Source: Laetmonice hystrix
Taxonomy: Eukaryota
NCBI GenBank assembly: GCA_965235115.1
Contig: OZ249451.1
Coordinates: 2,666,001 to 2,730,000 of the forward strand
Direction: 5' to 3'
DNA: 64,000 bases
A program made the translations under genes and the position numbers. Positions within the stretch are counted from its first letter, which is position 1; each line of letters begins with the position of its first letter. Of the stretch, positions 37,843 to 51,904 are shown piece after piece. The notes under the pieces were generated by a model. The model was given only the letters and a program-made list of their open reading frames with translations. It had not been told where the DNA came from and ran no database searches.

Positions 37843-39000
37843 TGTGCGAGTTGATAATGACGCACAGTTACATAGAGATTGGGAGGTTTACGCCTCAACA
37901 GCAGCCACAGCCATATTGAGGAGGCAATTTTTACCGGATGAGGTAACTGGAGTACCCGGTGGAAACTATCTGAATGTAAGCCCGACGGCCAACATCTAGT
38001 AGAGTTAAGACCAAAAGAAAATCAAACAAAAAACACCCCAAAAAACATCAGCAACAAAAACCGCCAGCATGTTTCACCTATAGACCACAGTACTTGACTT
38101 CCCCCATGCCGTACACATTGTCGTAACGTTGGTTACACATTCCTGGATCGGTTTTCCACATTATGTTTTGTACCCTCGCTCACGGCTTATACTTAATCCT
38201 TGGGTCTTCTTTTATCCAGCGTCTCTTTGAGCCCCCTCTACCGATGCCCCCCCCCCCCTAGGCGTATCGTTAACACTGACCCACGACAGGCAGGGGCTGA
38301 GCGGGGGTCGATTCCCACAGTCGGGGTATCTCTTGCCTTAAGCTCCCTCCCTTTAGGTTCCAATTCTCCCCCGTATTATTCATTGAGTGCTCCTAATCCG
38401 TATTTAACGCAATCCGCTCCTCTCGCTAAATCCCCTTGGTTTAATCCGAGCACTTGCCATACTGTTCGTCGGCGTAGTGCAATAAGATTGAAAAGATAAA
38501 AGCTTTGCCTGTTGTTTAGATTGTGTTTCCGCTGTGATTCGCTTGTCTACAACATTTGTTACACTTCCGTTTCGTCTGCTGCATTTCTCCGCCCATCAGA
38601 ACCGATGTCGTGTTTTGAGTTGACTGGAAATCTCATAATATTTCCGAATGAGAGCCTTGTCTTTTTTTTAAAAAATGAGGGAAACACGATTGTTTCAGGC
38701 GAAATGAGGGCTTTAAGTGCTTGCAAAGTTTGTTTCCTAGTTAGTTAACCATTGCCGACGATGTAACTTGATACGTTATTGGAAGTTTCATGCAAATTAA
38801 TGACGTATAACGTGACTGCGTTCAACTAATCATAGCCGTTACAGCCAATATATTTTGTTGACTATAGTTAAAAAAATGCAATGCTTTTAACCTAGAGCTG
38901 TCAAGTCGGAGGTCTTTGCCTTTAATGATTAAAAAATATATACTGGGACCGCGAACGGGAATGGAAGTCCACCAGTAGCAATGGCAGGGCGTGGGACGCT

Positions 39001-39758
39001 GATCCCTGTGTTGGAGGGGCAGTGGGTGGGGACAGCCCAGAAGGTCGTTGACTTGGTCAGACTGTACTGTATGAGACCTCAGACCATCACCCTCATGAGA
39101 TCCCTGTGTTGGAGGGGGAGTGGGTGGGGACAGCCCAGAAAGTCGTTGACTTGGCCAGCTTGTACTGTATGAGACCTAAGACCATCACCCTCATGAGATC
39201 CCTGTGTTGGAGGGGGAGTGGGTGGGAGAGCCCAGAAAGTCGTTGACTTGGTCAGACTGTACTGTATGAGACCTCAGACCATCACCCTCATGAGATCCCT
39301 GTGTTGGTGGGGGAGTGGGTGGGGACAGCCCAGAAAGGTCGTTGACTTGGCCAGCTTGTACTGTATGAGACCTCAGACCATCACCCTCATGAGATCCCTG
39401 TGTTGGAGGGGAAGTGGGTGGGGACAGCCCAGAAAGTCGTTGACTTGGCCAGCTTGTACTGTATGAGACCTCAGACCATCACCCTCATGAGATCCCTGTG
39501 TTGGAGGGGGAGTGGGTCCTCATGAGATCCCTGTGTTGGAGGGGCAGTGGGTGGGGACAGCCCAGAAAGTCGTTGACTTGGCCAGCTTGTACTGTATGAG
39601 ACCTCAGACCATCACCCTCATGAGATCCCTGTGTTGGAGGGGGAGTGGGTCCTCATGAGATCCCTGTGTTGGAGGGGCAGTGGGTGGGGACAGCCCAGAA
39701 AGTCGTTGACTTGGCCAGCTTGTACTGTATGAGACCTCAGACCATCACACTCATGAGA
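39001..39758. repeat. ~98-bp minisatellite with two truncated units
   Basis: gatccctgtgttggaggggg...ccatcaccctcatga; starts at 39001 and 39099. Confidence 0.96.
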
Positions 39759-39992
39759 TTTTACCTTTCGTGTGTCCTGATATTTTCGGCGTGCAATGGG
39801 TAGTGTACAGTGAGAAAGAGAACAGGAGAACAGATTGAGTCACAACTGAAAGGTCGTTTAGCTGACTCTGTGAAAATTATTAAACCTGTCGGTGGGAAAA
39901 CCTTACGGGAAATAAAAATCCAATTAGGCTAACCGTGATTTGGCCGGAAGTTAAAAAATATATGTTCGATAGACTAAAGGTCAGCATAATAT

Positions 39993-40537
39993 TTGCTTGG
40001 CCCACGGGCACTGATTATAACAGTGATAGAGAAGTTTGGCCCACGGGCACTGATTATAACGGTGATAGAGAAGTTTGGCCCACGGGCAGTGATTATAACG
40101 GTGATAGAGAAGTTTGGCCCACGGGCAGTGATTATAACAGTGATAGAGAAGTTTGGCCCACGGGCAGTGATTATAACAGTGATAGAGAAGTTTGGCCCAC
40201 GGGCAGTGATTATAACGGTGATAGAGAAGTATTGGCTTGGCCCACGGCCAGTGATTATAACGTTGATAGAGAAGTTTGGCCCACGGGCAGTGATTATAAC
40301 AGTGATAGAGAAGTTTGGCCCACGGGCAGTGATTATAACGGTGATAGAGAAGTTTGGCCCAAGGGCAGTGATTATAACGGTGATAGAGAAGTTTGGCCCA
40401 CGGTCAGTGATTATAACGGTGATAGAGAAGTATTTGCTTGGCCCACGGGCACTGACTATAGCTGTGATAGAGAAGTTTGGCCCACGGGCAGTGATTATAA
40501 CGGTGATAGAGAAGTATTTGCTTGGCCCACGGGCACT
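39993..40537. repeat. 39-bp minisatellite (45-bp variants), ~14 copies
   Basis: gaagtttggcccacgggcagtgattataacggtgataga. Confidence 0.96.
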
Positions 40538-40606
40538 GAAGAAAAGAAGAAATAGACGAAGAAGGAGAAGAGGGGGAAGAAGGATAAGACGAAGGAGAAG
40601 GAGATG
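40538..40606. repeat. Polypurine low-complexity tract
   Basis: gaagaaaagaagaaatagacgaagaaggagaag... Confidence 0.85.
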
Positions 40607-40978
40607 ATAAATAAATGACTTATTGCTATCTTATTGCGAGGATCTTCCCGCTTTCAGCTGAGTCAGCCGAACACAAAGCGGATTCAGGGATGGAATGAGG
40701 GAAGATTTATTAGATTAAAATATCATCATTATACATCTGATATTCTCAGAGGTGCGGATCTAATAGATACTATTCACTATGGACTGTTATCTTTAGAAAG
40801 GTTATACGTATTCGCCATATGTAGGGACGTCAATGCATGAGGAGACCTGAAACACAATCTGTGACTGCAGCGAACGGCGCAGTCTGCACAGCCCCTCGAG
40901 GTACCTCAACCTCCGCGGTTAATTAACGCTTTATTTGCCAGTTTTGATAATTAATCTCTTATATTTGCTCTGCGGCAA

Positions 40979-42042
40979 CACGTTACCCCGCAACAACAAA
41001 TGTCATGTCGTTCTAACCCTGCCTCACAGGTTCTGACGTCGACTGATTGTAAGACACGTTACCCCGCAACAACAAATGTCATGTCGTTCTAACCCTGCCT
41101 CACAGGTTCTGTCGTCGGCTGATTGTAAGACACGTTACCCCGCAACAACAAATGTCATGTCGTTCTAACCCTGCCTCACAGGTTTTGACGTCGACTGATT
41201 GTAAGACACGTTACCCCGCAACAACAAATGTCATGTCGTTCTAACCCTGCCTCACAGGTTCTGACGTCGACTGATTGTAAGACACGTTACCCCGCAACAA
41301 CAAATGTCATGTCGTTCTAACCCAGCCTAACAGGTTCTGACGTCGACTTATTGTAAGACACGTTACCCCGCAACAACAAATGTCATGTCGTTCTAACCCT
41401 GCCTCACAGGTTCTGACGTCGACTGATTGTAAGACACGTTACCCCGCAACAACAAATGTCATGTCGTTCTAACCCAGCCTCACAGGTTCTGACGTCGACT
41501 GATTGTAAGACACGTTACCCCGCAACAACAAATGTCATGTCGTTCTAACCCAGCCTAACAGGTTCTGACGTCGACTTATTGTAAGACACGTTACCCCGCA
41601 ACAACAAATGTCATGTCGTTCTAACCCAGCCTCACAGGTTCTGACGTCGACTGATTGTAAGACACGTTACCCCGCAACAACAAATGTCATGTCGTTCTAA
41701 CCCAGCCTCACAGGTTCTGACGTCGACTGATTGTAAGACACGTTACCCCGCAACAACAAATGTCATGTCGTTCTAACCCTGCCTCACAGGTTCTGACGTC
41801 GACTGATTGTAACACACGTTACCCCGCAACAACAAATGTCATGTCGTTCTAACCCTGCCTCACAGCTTTTGACGTCGACTGATTGTAAGACACGTTACCC
41901 CGCAACAACAAATGTCATGTCGTTCTAACCCTGCCTCACAGGTTCGGACGTCGACTGATTGTAACACACGTTACCCCGCAACAACAAATGTCATGTCGTT
42001 CTAACCCTGCCTCACAGGTTCGGACGTCGACTGATTGTAAAC
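40979..42042. repeat. 76-bp minisatellite, ~14 copies
   Basis: cacgttaccccgcaacaacaaatgtcatgtcgttctaaccctgcctcacaggttctgacgtcgactgattgtaaga. Confidence 0.97.
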
Positions 42043-44292
42043 ACATGTTCCCATGTTTGCCCTTATCAAATATCAGCACTTGGATTTTTTTAAGCAGACT
42101 GATTATTGGGTTAGCTGCGCCCTCCATCTTATTAAAGTATAAAAGAATGAAATATTAATATGTATAAGCAACACTGGAAAGGCGTGGCAGCTCCTGATAT
42201 TGTGGACATGATTAGAATAGCTCGGAGAACCATTATCATTGTGATAAGAAGGCGGTATATGTTGATAGTGTACAGACAGGCGACACAAAACAAGTAGTGT
42301 TGGGCTAATTGACAGTGTGTTGGGGATGTCAGAAAAAGTTACTGAGCGCTGTAAATTAGGTTTATGCTAGTTAGAAGGAAACCTCCCTTAAATCACGTTA
42401 TCCATGGAGGGGGCGATATGCAAATAGGGCCCGCCAGCGCCGCCCGGTGGAAACATAGCGCGGCTGTATGACAGACACAATAAGAAATGCCATTGTTCTT
42501 GTACATATTTTGTGGCATCTTGTACATATTTTGTGGCATTATTTTTTGTAGCATCCTATTTAGTCTGTGTTGTATACACGGATCGTATTTAAAAACTAAC
42601 TGGCTGATATAGCCTGAGCACATTAGGATATTAGAAACTGGAGTGTGTATGTGAATTTGTATACCAGATCGCCTCTGTTGGAAAAGATAAAACACACCTG
42701 CTCAGATTCAATTAGATAAAATTGTACGATAATAACATTTATGGATAGGATCTATTACAATATTCACAAAACTACCAACATATAAAGGGATCGTTTTTCT
42801 GCACATAGCATACATAAATTACACAGTTGTTTGAGGATCTAAAATGCTTCTGCCTATTTCTATTTTCGACAATCCCATCGGAAATAAAATTTCGAATCAC
42901 AATCGTGGTAAAAACCCAACCTCGGGGTATTTATTAAAAATGTGGATCAGTATATATCGTGATTGTTAGCTCCGTGTTGTGTAAAACATACAACGCAGCA
43001 TGAGTTCGTTTATCAACCATTATTGTACTTGCATTATATATGTACGCTATAGTTGTCTTTTTGCCTCCTCATTGTCATGGCAACTCGATGCCATCCTTGT
43101 TTTCTTTCTACAAATTCAGACTGACTTTAACAAACAAAGGAGTTTGTTGTTGCACCCGATGACCCTGGATGAGACACAAGTGTCGGGTTTCCAGAGGTCG
43201 ACATGCACACTTGAGGAATCTTGACAAACCCACGTCAGACCAGTAGGTGGCGCTCGTGACGTGGCAGGATGGGAAGGGTGTTTCCCTTTCCGTGAACGGA
43301 TCGTACTCAAACTACCATACTACCGAATGTCTAACATTGGAGTTCCGGCTTGTTATCGTTGTGGTTTAGGGAACTGGTGTGAGTCCTGGGACCAGCCGCC
43401 CGGGGAGATGGCTATAGTTTCCCGGTAGACTTCCATCGAGGCCGATATCGTCTCCAGGCTCTGGCCCCGGCCCTGGGAGGACCGGGCTCATGGGGGCAGT
43501 CCGACCACCGACTCTGGCGTGTCGGGCCCGGACGGACCGGGCTCCCGGGGCGGTCCAACAGCTAGCTTTGGCGTGTCAAGCCGGGCTGGCTGGGAGTGAC
43601 ACATACCCCATACATTGCAGCCACGTGTTTACATGGCCGTCCGTAATGCCCACACGAATTGTTAGCACGCCAGTCTAGCCAAGGACATACTTCGCGTGCA
43701 GCCTACTCCCTCAAGCCTATATCCTCAGCGGGCCAAACTTTCCGATGGGGCCCAAGTGTCTTGACTTTAGTAGCCAGCCATACAATGGCCCCTAGAATTA
43801 GACAACCACCCACCCCCCGACACGAATAGCTCCAGGCCTCTATGGTCCGTGTTTTCTCACGCTATCTCCTATGTAACTATTCCCTTGGGGACCCTCCGCT
43901 AGCCACGGGTTGAAGATCGGCTGGAGGCGCTGAGGGTAATTCCCAAACCAGGTGAGACCAATACAGTCTTTGCTGGAAGTTTGTACACTTAGATTGCCTT
44001 CAGCTTGATGTTTTTGCATCAAGTGGGTCATAATATAATAGACGAATTCAGCTACAGTAACAATAGGCCAACCAAGAGCAGCAGCAAAGGTGGGGTATGA
44101 ATAGTCTGATCATGTTACTCGCTTCAATAGGTAATCTATAGTAAATGCTGCAGATTGAAACTAGTGGAACGCTTCCTGGCGAAACTTCCTGGCACGTGAA
44201 TACTATAATAACGACTACACTGGGGCATTATACCGCAGCAAGATTACTATAGCGCGCATAGGGATTCGGCCATGAGTGGACGGCAGGGGAGG

Positions 44293-44530
44293 GAGACTTA
44301 GACAAAACAAAGTTTCCCAAATGTGGCAATGTTAGGAGGGGGCAAGGAGACTTAGACAAAACAAAGTGTCCCACATGTGGCAATGTTAAGAGGGGGCCAG
44401 GAGACTTAGACAAAACAAAGTTTCCCAAATGTGGCAATGTTTGGAGGGGCAATGAGACTTAGACAAAACAAAGTGTCCCAAATGTGGCAATGTTTGGAGG
44501 GGCAAGGAGACTTAGACAAAACAAAGTCTC
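44293..44530. repeat. 54-bp tandem repeat x~4.3
   Basis: gagacttagacaaaacaaag at 44293, 44347, 44401, 44455. Confidence 0.94.
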
Positions 44531-45224
44531 CTAAATTCGGTAGTGAGTGACGGGGACTGACTCGGACAAAACGCGGCTGTTCTAAAGAGGCGGTGCAAGT
44601 GTTAGCCAGGCGTCCCTGGAGGGTTCCGTCCAATTAACATGATTGAATTATTCACACAATTAGAAGCGATCCCTTATCTGTCAAATCGCCTGCTCGCTCC
44701 CTTACTCACAAACACGTCTTTTGTCCCGGAGTCAAATGTCAGCATTCATCATTTCCTGCCGGTTGTTACGAATGGTTAATTATTGAAAGACGAGAGAGAC
44801 GTCGCATAAAGACTCGAGTAATTTCACACACACAAAAAGCTCCCCTGCCTTAGCCCCCACTGAGTTGTCTCCCTTGGCTGTACGTCTCAGCTGTTCTCTG
44901 ACAGGGCGGGTGAAAAAAATAGAGCTACATATGTGAACGTCATGGAATTTACTCGCAGTACGGTCATATACCACTGCTTACAAGAGGTTGGTCGAGTTGC
45001 AATTAGATGTAGGCGGTGAGAAATGAAGTTATCAGCCACGTGAGACTGTTGTCAACATGACACCTCCTGCATGGAGAGGGTGCTTGTAAACTGATGTGAT
45101 CTGTCTGAGACGTCAGGGTAGACGCGTCAATTAGGGGCTCGTTTATGGCGAGTCTGTGGCGTAACACTTACCGCCGGCCCGGCAAACTTGGGGTGTGTAC
45201 AACACCAGCCTAACTGTTCGCTTC

Positions 45225-46095
45225 AGTGCTGTACCTGGCACTGGGCACTATTTCTATATACTACTTACGACAGCCCGACACGGGGCTGTACCTAATACAG
45301 GGTACCATTTCTATATACTACTTACGACAGTCCTAACAACACGGCGCTGTACCTGACACTGGGTACCATTTCTATATACTACTTACGACAGCCCAACACG
45401 GGGCTGTACCTGATACAGGGTACCATTTCTATATACTACTTACGACAGTCCTAACAACACGGCGCTGTACCTGACACTGGGTACCATTTCTATATACTAC
45501 TTACGACAGCCCGACACGGGGCTGTACCTAATACAGGGTACCATTTCTATATACTACTTACGACAGTCCTAACAACACGGCGCTGTACCTGACACTGGGT
45601 ACCATTTCTATATACTACTTAGGACAGTCCAACACGGGACTGTACCTGATACTGGGTACCATTTCTATATACTACTTACGACAGCCCGACACGGGGCTGT
45701 ACCTAATACAGGGTACCATTTCTATATACTACTTACGACAGCCCGACACGGGGCTGTACCTGATACAGGGTACCATTTCTATATACTACTTACGACAGCC
45801 CAACACGGGGCTGTACCTAATACAGGGTACCATTTCTATATACTACTTACGACAGTCCTAACAACACGGCGCTGTACCTGACACTGGGTACCATTTCTAT
45901 ATACTACTTCCGACAGTCCTAACAACACGGCGCTGTACCTGACACTGGGTACCATTTCTATATACTACTTACGACAGTCCTAACAACACGGCGCTGTACC
46001 TGACACTGGGTACCATTTCTATATACTACTTAGGACAGTCCTAACAACACGGCGCTGTACCTGATACAGGGTACCATTTCTATATACTACTTATG
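45225..46095. repeat. ~57-60 bp minisatellite, ~15 copies
   Basis: ctgtacctgacactgggtaccatttctatatactacttacgacagtcctaacaacacggcg and a shorter variant. Confidence 0.96.
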
Positions 46096-46125
46096 ACTTA
46101 AAACCATTCACGCCACGAAGACCGC

Positions 46126-46575
46126 ACAGACAAAGTCTACCCCTAACCTGATACATGTAGGGCCTATCAATGGTGCTGTTCAGGTCACTGACTAGCACAG
46201 ACAAAGTCTACCCCTAACCTGATACATGTAGGACCTATCAATGGTTTTGATCACTGACTATAACAGACAAAGTCTACCCCTAACCTGATACATGTAGGGC
46301 CTATCAATGGTTCAGGTCACTGACTAGAACAGACAAAGTCTACCCCTAACCTGATACATGTAGGGCCTATCAATGGTTCAGGTCACTGACTAGAACAGAC
46401 AAAGTGTACCCCTAACCTGATACATGTAGGGCCTATCAATGGTTCAGGTCACTGACTAGAACAGACAAAGTCTACCCCTAACCTGATACATGTAGGGCCT
46501 ATCAATGGTTCAGGTCACTGACTAGAACAGACAAAGTCTACCCCTAACCTGATACATGTAGGGCCTATCAATGGT
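46126..46575. repeat. 66-bp minisatellite, ~7 copies
   Basis: acagacaaagtctacccctaacctgatacatgtagggcctatcaatggttcaggtcactgactaga. Confidence 0.96.
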
Positions 46576-46699
46576 GATGTTCAGACACACACATACTGGC
46601 TCGTGCCGTTGTTAAATCCACCAGAGGTTGCACAAACAATAGGACATTGACGGTCTATATCAATATCATGGTGTATACTGCACGACTCCAGGTACCCAT

Positions 46700-46762
46700 G
46701 CAGACACACTGTGCAGACACACTGTGCAGGCACACTGTGCAGACACACTGTGCAGACACACT
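46700..46762. repeat. 13-bp tandem repeat x~5
   Basis: gcagacacactgt. Confidence 0.88.
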
Positions 46763-49700
46763 GTCCCGTCGTCTGAGCAGTGTTCTCCAGACAGCAGGCT
46801 GTGGCACAGGAGCTTTTGTTCGATAATTGACGTGGCAACGCCATTCAATGATCGATGCTAACGATTCGTTCAGTGTCATAGGGAGATTTGACTGACGTTC
46901 TCTCTCCACTGGAGTCAAGTTGTGCTTGATATGGAGGGAAACTAGAGGCCTCTGGTAGATGGCGATTACAGTACCCCAAATGCTAGGTAGAAACTGGTAA
47001 TATGGGGAGTTGGTAATTAATAATTTACTGCATTGGGCAGAAACTAATGGTATAGATGGAGTGAATCACTCTATGACATAATCAGGTCCCAATACCTTTA
47101 GACGATCCATCACAGCGAAAGGAAATTACCAAACATGAAACTGACTAGAAAACTTATGATTCATTGATTCTGGGACGAATCAGACTTGACAACAAATAAT
47201 TCCGTGTAATATGTTACTGTAGCCTCATGCTGCGATTCCATCAATGCTAATCTGCTCTAATCCATATTTTCAGACCAATCCAACGCATGGTAATCTCCAT
47301 GAGCGAGATCTGTGGATCAATCTTTGCTTTGATCCACGCACTGTCCCGTGACATTGGTCCCTCCTAATTGAAATAATGAAAGTGGTGAGATGGCGCCCAT
47401 AGTTTGAGCGTCGGTTGGCGTCGGTTGGCGCCTGAATCATCGCATTTAGATGCAAATAGTTAAAACGAAATAAACCAGCAGTCGGCCCAGCCAATAGGTA
47501 ATGGCAATCTCATTATGGGTACAGCCAAATTTCTCGGAGACGACGCCGAATTATGGGATTATGATATAGCCGATTAGTGCCTAATTGTTTGAGGCGATGA
47601 GGGATGGCAGGCTTCGCGCCGAGCGAGGTTTGCATTAATGCATACATCTGCCAATATGGAAATTCATTAGCCATTACTGTCCACATAAGTTGAAACGTAC
47701 AGAAGACTCCGTGCAGGAAGAAGGGAGTTACATGGAATCTACCGTTCACAGCTGTTAGCGACCTCTAAGTCTCTAGAACTTCACTCTAACATCTCTCTGT
47801 GCAATTAATTGTAATCAGTATTTTTTTGTTCTTCTGTCTTTTCCTGCAAAAGGTGACAAATGTCTGCAATTACACGTGCTTTTATCCCTGAACGACTCGG
47901 AATAACTCTGAATAAGCAAAAGGACTGTGAGGAATTCACGTTTGGAAACTGTTCACTTCATCGATGTAATTGCTAATGCTTTCTTACCCTTGAGCCATGG
48001 CAAAATACATTTTGAAACAATTCTTGTAGTTTACATTTAACTGCTTTCAGACATTAGAATTCCATATATACTGTTGTGTGAGAGAGTTACGTAGAGATGG
48101 CCGATTCCTTTGACTTCAATTCTATTATTATTTCCTGTTTTTCCTAATGCAGTACCTACATTAGAATTACTGAGAGGGACAAAAGGTACATCAATAAACA
48201 TGAACAGTATTTCCGCAGGGCGTTCGAAATAAGTATAAAATGGCTGTTGTCACTGTGCCCTTTAAAACTAAACAGGAACGAAAAATACCTCATTAATGAA
48301 AGGGTTCTATCGACTTTCATCTCAGTGTGAAATCTCTCCTTTTTATTGGGATTTCCAGAGTCAACACCTGTTCTTGCATGTATTCATTTAAGCCGGATAG
48401 TGTCATTTAGATGTTACATTTGATTTTTTAGTTTTTGACTTTTACCACTGAAAACGAAGCACTGATGGCAGCCATTATGCAATAAGGGGATTTATTATTT
48501 TTGTAAGGTACGTTTAGATTGGCTCGATGCCAAATTTTGTTTCAAGGCACCAGGGATTTTTTAAAAATCATAACACAAGTGGGCAGTTCATCAGAGGTAT
48601 TCACTGTTGCAATTTTCATTTCGATAGCAGAATATCAGAATACAATATAATACATTATGGTGATGCAAATCCTAAAAGTGAAAGCCTGCTAGTCTATTGG
48701 TGTCCAGGGCGACATCAACACACCTTTTGGATGATGACATCTTGATAAGTCTACCGGACTTCAGAAATGGCGCCTACCGGTATAGATATACGTCTATCTG
48801 TGCGCTGACGACAGCTGAATGACATGAACGACAGGGGGAAGTAGCTAAGACAAACAACGCATGTTAAACGGGACACGCTGAAACATGCATACATCATTGA
48901 TATGGAGGTGAACTTAAACAATCTGGTCAAACACGGCTCACATTGTTCTACATTCATCTAAAGGTAGTCTGGCACTCAGTGTCACGGACTCCAGTGTGAA
49001 TTATTTACATCTGGTGCCAATAGAGCGAACTTGCAGCCACAGGAAGTTGACGTATACAATGTCAGACTGAGATTGAGTGACGTATAGAGAAAACCAATGA
49101 TCTAATACAAAGCTAGCATTGTCACGTACAGAAAGTCGATACGTCGACACAGGTATACACCAACACAGTATTCAACCCCATGTCAACAAACCAACAACAC
49201 CCAATCGATGATACGGCAGCCGCTTTACAAACCGCAGGAAACGGGAGTGGGGTAGTCTTTAGATCCTGGAAGGGGGTGTGTCTGGGATGGGGGTGGAGGA
49301 ATGTGGTGTTCAGGAAGGGGTAAATGAGAGGGGGAGAGGTTGGAGTAGGACCTCTTGTACGGTTACGTATGATGAAAGGCAGGTAATAAACTGAACAGAT
49401 CCCAGACCGCGCTCTGCACGGCATGTATACAGGGGGTAGGGGCAGGAGGGTATAATAGGTAGGGGATGGGGCACGGGAGATATGGGACGAGGGGGTGGGG
49501 GTGGGGGGTTAGGGGCACTGTCCAGGTCAGGGCACAACCGTACCCACAATGACCATCGGATCCTGCATGCACTGGTCCTCCCCCTTCAACCTCACACCCC
49601 TCCCACCCTCACCACAACCTTCAACCTCACACCCCTCCCACCCTCACCAACCTGTCCCACTCTCAACCATACACATTACATGCCAGGGGGTGGGGGAGTT

Positions 49701-50148
49701 ATCCCGGAATGTCAAACACACGATTAGCATTTATAGTCGTATGTCAACACGACTCGGTAATGACCAGTTGTCCTGTGCCGACGAGTTGGCAGATGGAGCT
49801 CTCCGCTCTCGGCGCCTGCCACAGTTCCTCCGACAACCACCTAGCCCGAGGTGACATCTTATTGACTCATGTCATATAATGATATCGTTCACTCACATTC
49901 CCTCCTCGTCGATCCATTAGGTAAAACAAGATGTTATGTACATGCCGTCATTGGACCGGGCACGCAGGCTCTATAGGTTCAACGTCTCACGGCCGCTGTG
50001 CGCATGTCAGGGACCGCAGTGACACCTGGCGGGACCCGGCACTATGACGTAACGAATCCAATCAACGTAATGGCTGTTGACCTTGAGCTTAAACATCGCC
50101 CATTCTGTTTTATAATGTAGCTGGCATTATATCTGAATAATGCACCCA

Positions 50149-50305
50149 CATGCGCCTGTATGTGAATATTGGCGCACACACGCAGGTGGGTGTGCCTATA
50201 ATGTGAATATTGGTTTTCACGATGGAAATTAGAAAGCCCCGGATATAGGCGCATGCGCCTGTATCCGGGTATGGGCGCATGCTCACTTATAGGCGCATGC
50301 GCCTA
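50149..50305. promoter_or_regulatory. Cluster of GCGCATGCGC (NRF1-like) palindromes
   Basis: 32-bp near-perfect palindrome at 50238-50269, 16-bp perfect palindrome at 50290-50305, partial copies at 50149 and 50273. Confidence 0.35.
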
Positions 50306-51904
50306 AAAGTTGGGATGCACCAACTCTGTACACAAGCACCTGCTGATTATTCCTACCGGAATATTACCATATTAGGCCTACCGGAACCGGATGGTGCATG
50401 AAAGCAGTTATGCCGGATATGGTTGTTTTAACCTCCCATCACCCCTACTTTCTACAAGCCCAACCACAATTAAGCATCCCATGATTTTTCGTATAGGAAG
50501 TACTTTACTGAGTTGCCCCGCGCAGTAACTGAAAACCAACATTTATTGCTGGGATGGCAGATGACAATTTGGTGCCGTGTGGTTAGTTTCTCTGCCTCTG
50601 TTGACAGTAGGAGTCGTGTGGAGCGTAGTTTGACCGATGGCGGGTTGGTTGGGTCGGCGGGGTATGATGACCACGTGGGGACAGTAGGCAGGGGTCTGTC
50701 TGCCACGGCCGGGATCTGCACGTCCTCCGACCGGCTCTAATCACAGTACCCACCCGACATCTGGTCTGTAACAGACCACACGACGGGGTCCGCCAAGTCG
50801 ATCCCTGCTCTGGACTGTGTCAGCCGGGTCGTTGAGCGAGCTCACTACTGTCTGAGGATGGTGTGCCACACCAGCCCGGGTTATAGATCAGCCAAGTGTT
50901 ATACCATATAGAAACTCGGTTTGTATTGATTACTGCCACCTGACAGAACAGTGGTTAGTGTCTGTCACATGTTTGGGATAGTCAATGGGCCGCCATGATT
51001 GTTCTATATGCGCCGCTCTTTCTGTCTTTCAGTCTCCTTATCAGATCAAACTTCACAAAAAACAAAACAAAGAAACAAACAAAAAAACACACACAAAAAA
51101 TCCCACATTTTTGTGATGGTAGCTATTATAAACAAAAAAGACTCCCACATTTTTGTGATGGTAGTAATGATTTGCCTTGTTCCTCCTGACACAGTAGTGC
51201 CAGAGGTTCGTGTGAGAGATACATAATGATGTCTTGTTATTATCAAACATTAGAAAATTGTCACGTCCATTCAATACATGTCGTTGTACGGCGGCCAGAC
51301 AAGGCAGGACTGGCGTTTATCGTCCAGGAGCAGACTTCTTTACCCGATACGATCTGTTGTCATGGCAACAAGTTAATAACGGGTGTATGTATCCATGTGT
51401 CGCTTCAAGGTTTTTATCTGGTCTAGTATTCCTTTTTATTGTTGAGATTTGAAGGGGGACATCATGCTTACTGTAAGTCTAAGTGCATGCCCTTTGATTG
51501 AGGCCATGGGTTCCCATTATCTGTTAAAAGGCGATGTACATTGGTAGTTAGATACAGCGAGACATATCGATAGCCTACATAGACCTTAATAGTCTGTAGG
51601 TCCTACTGTTATGCTGGATAAAGCCATAGGTCACTATTAAAATAGGCCTACCTCTGATGGGAGGCTACGTATGCATCAGGCATAGAAACGCAGCATCGGC
51701 GGACATCATAAAATATGAGGAAAAAACTGCGGGGGGTGCTGCCCCATCCGGTAACGGTCTGGGGATTGTTGAGGATAATATTGTGAGCACTCTGCTGTAG
51801 TTTTAGTTGTCTTGATGTTAGCGGATCTGGAGTAAAAGTCTATTAAAGTGTTCATCTCGGGACATGAAGGAAATGAGAGGCGGTTCGTGACAAAGACCTG
51901 TCAA

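Noticed and set aside
38260-38330. tRNA-derived SINE-like head (ggggtcgattccc)
   Set aside because: Only a partial B-box, no clear A-box, tail or TSD.
39935-40607. EVWPTGSDYNGDR repeat ORF with basic tail
   Set aside because: 39-bp array open in two frames, variants mostly non-synonymous; tail is a polypurine tract.
51270-51340. PDZ-like VVVRRPDKAGLAFIV
   Set aside because: Short resemblance only, no usable splice sites or continuation.
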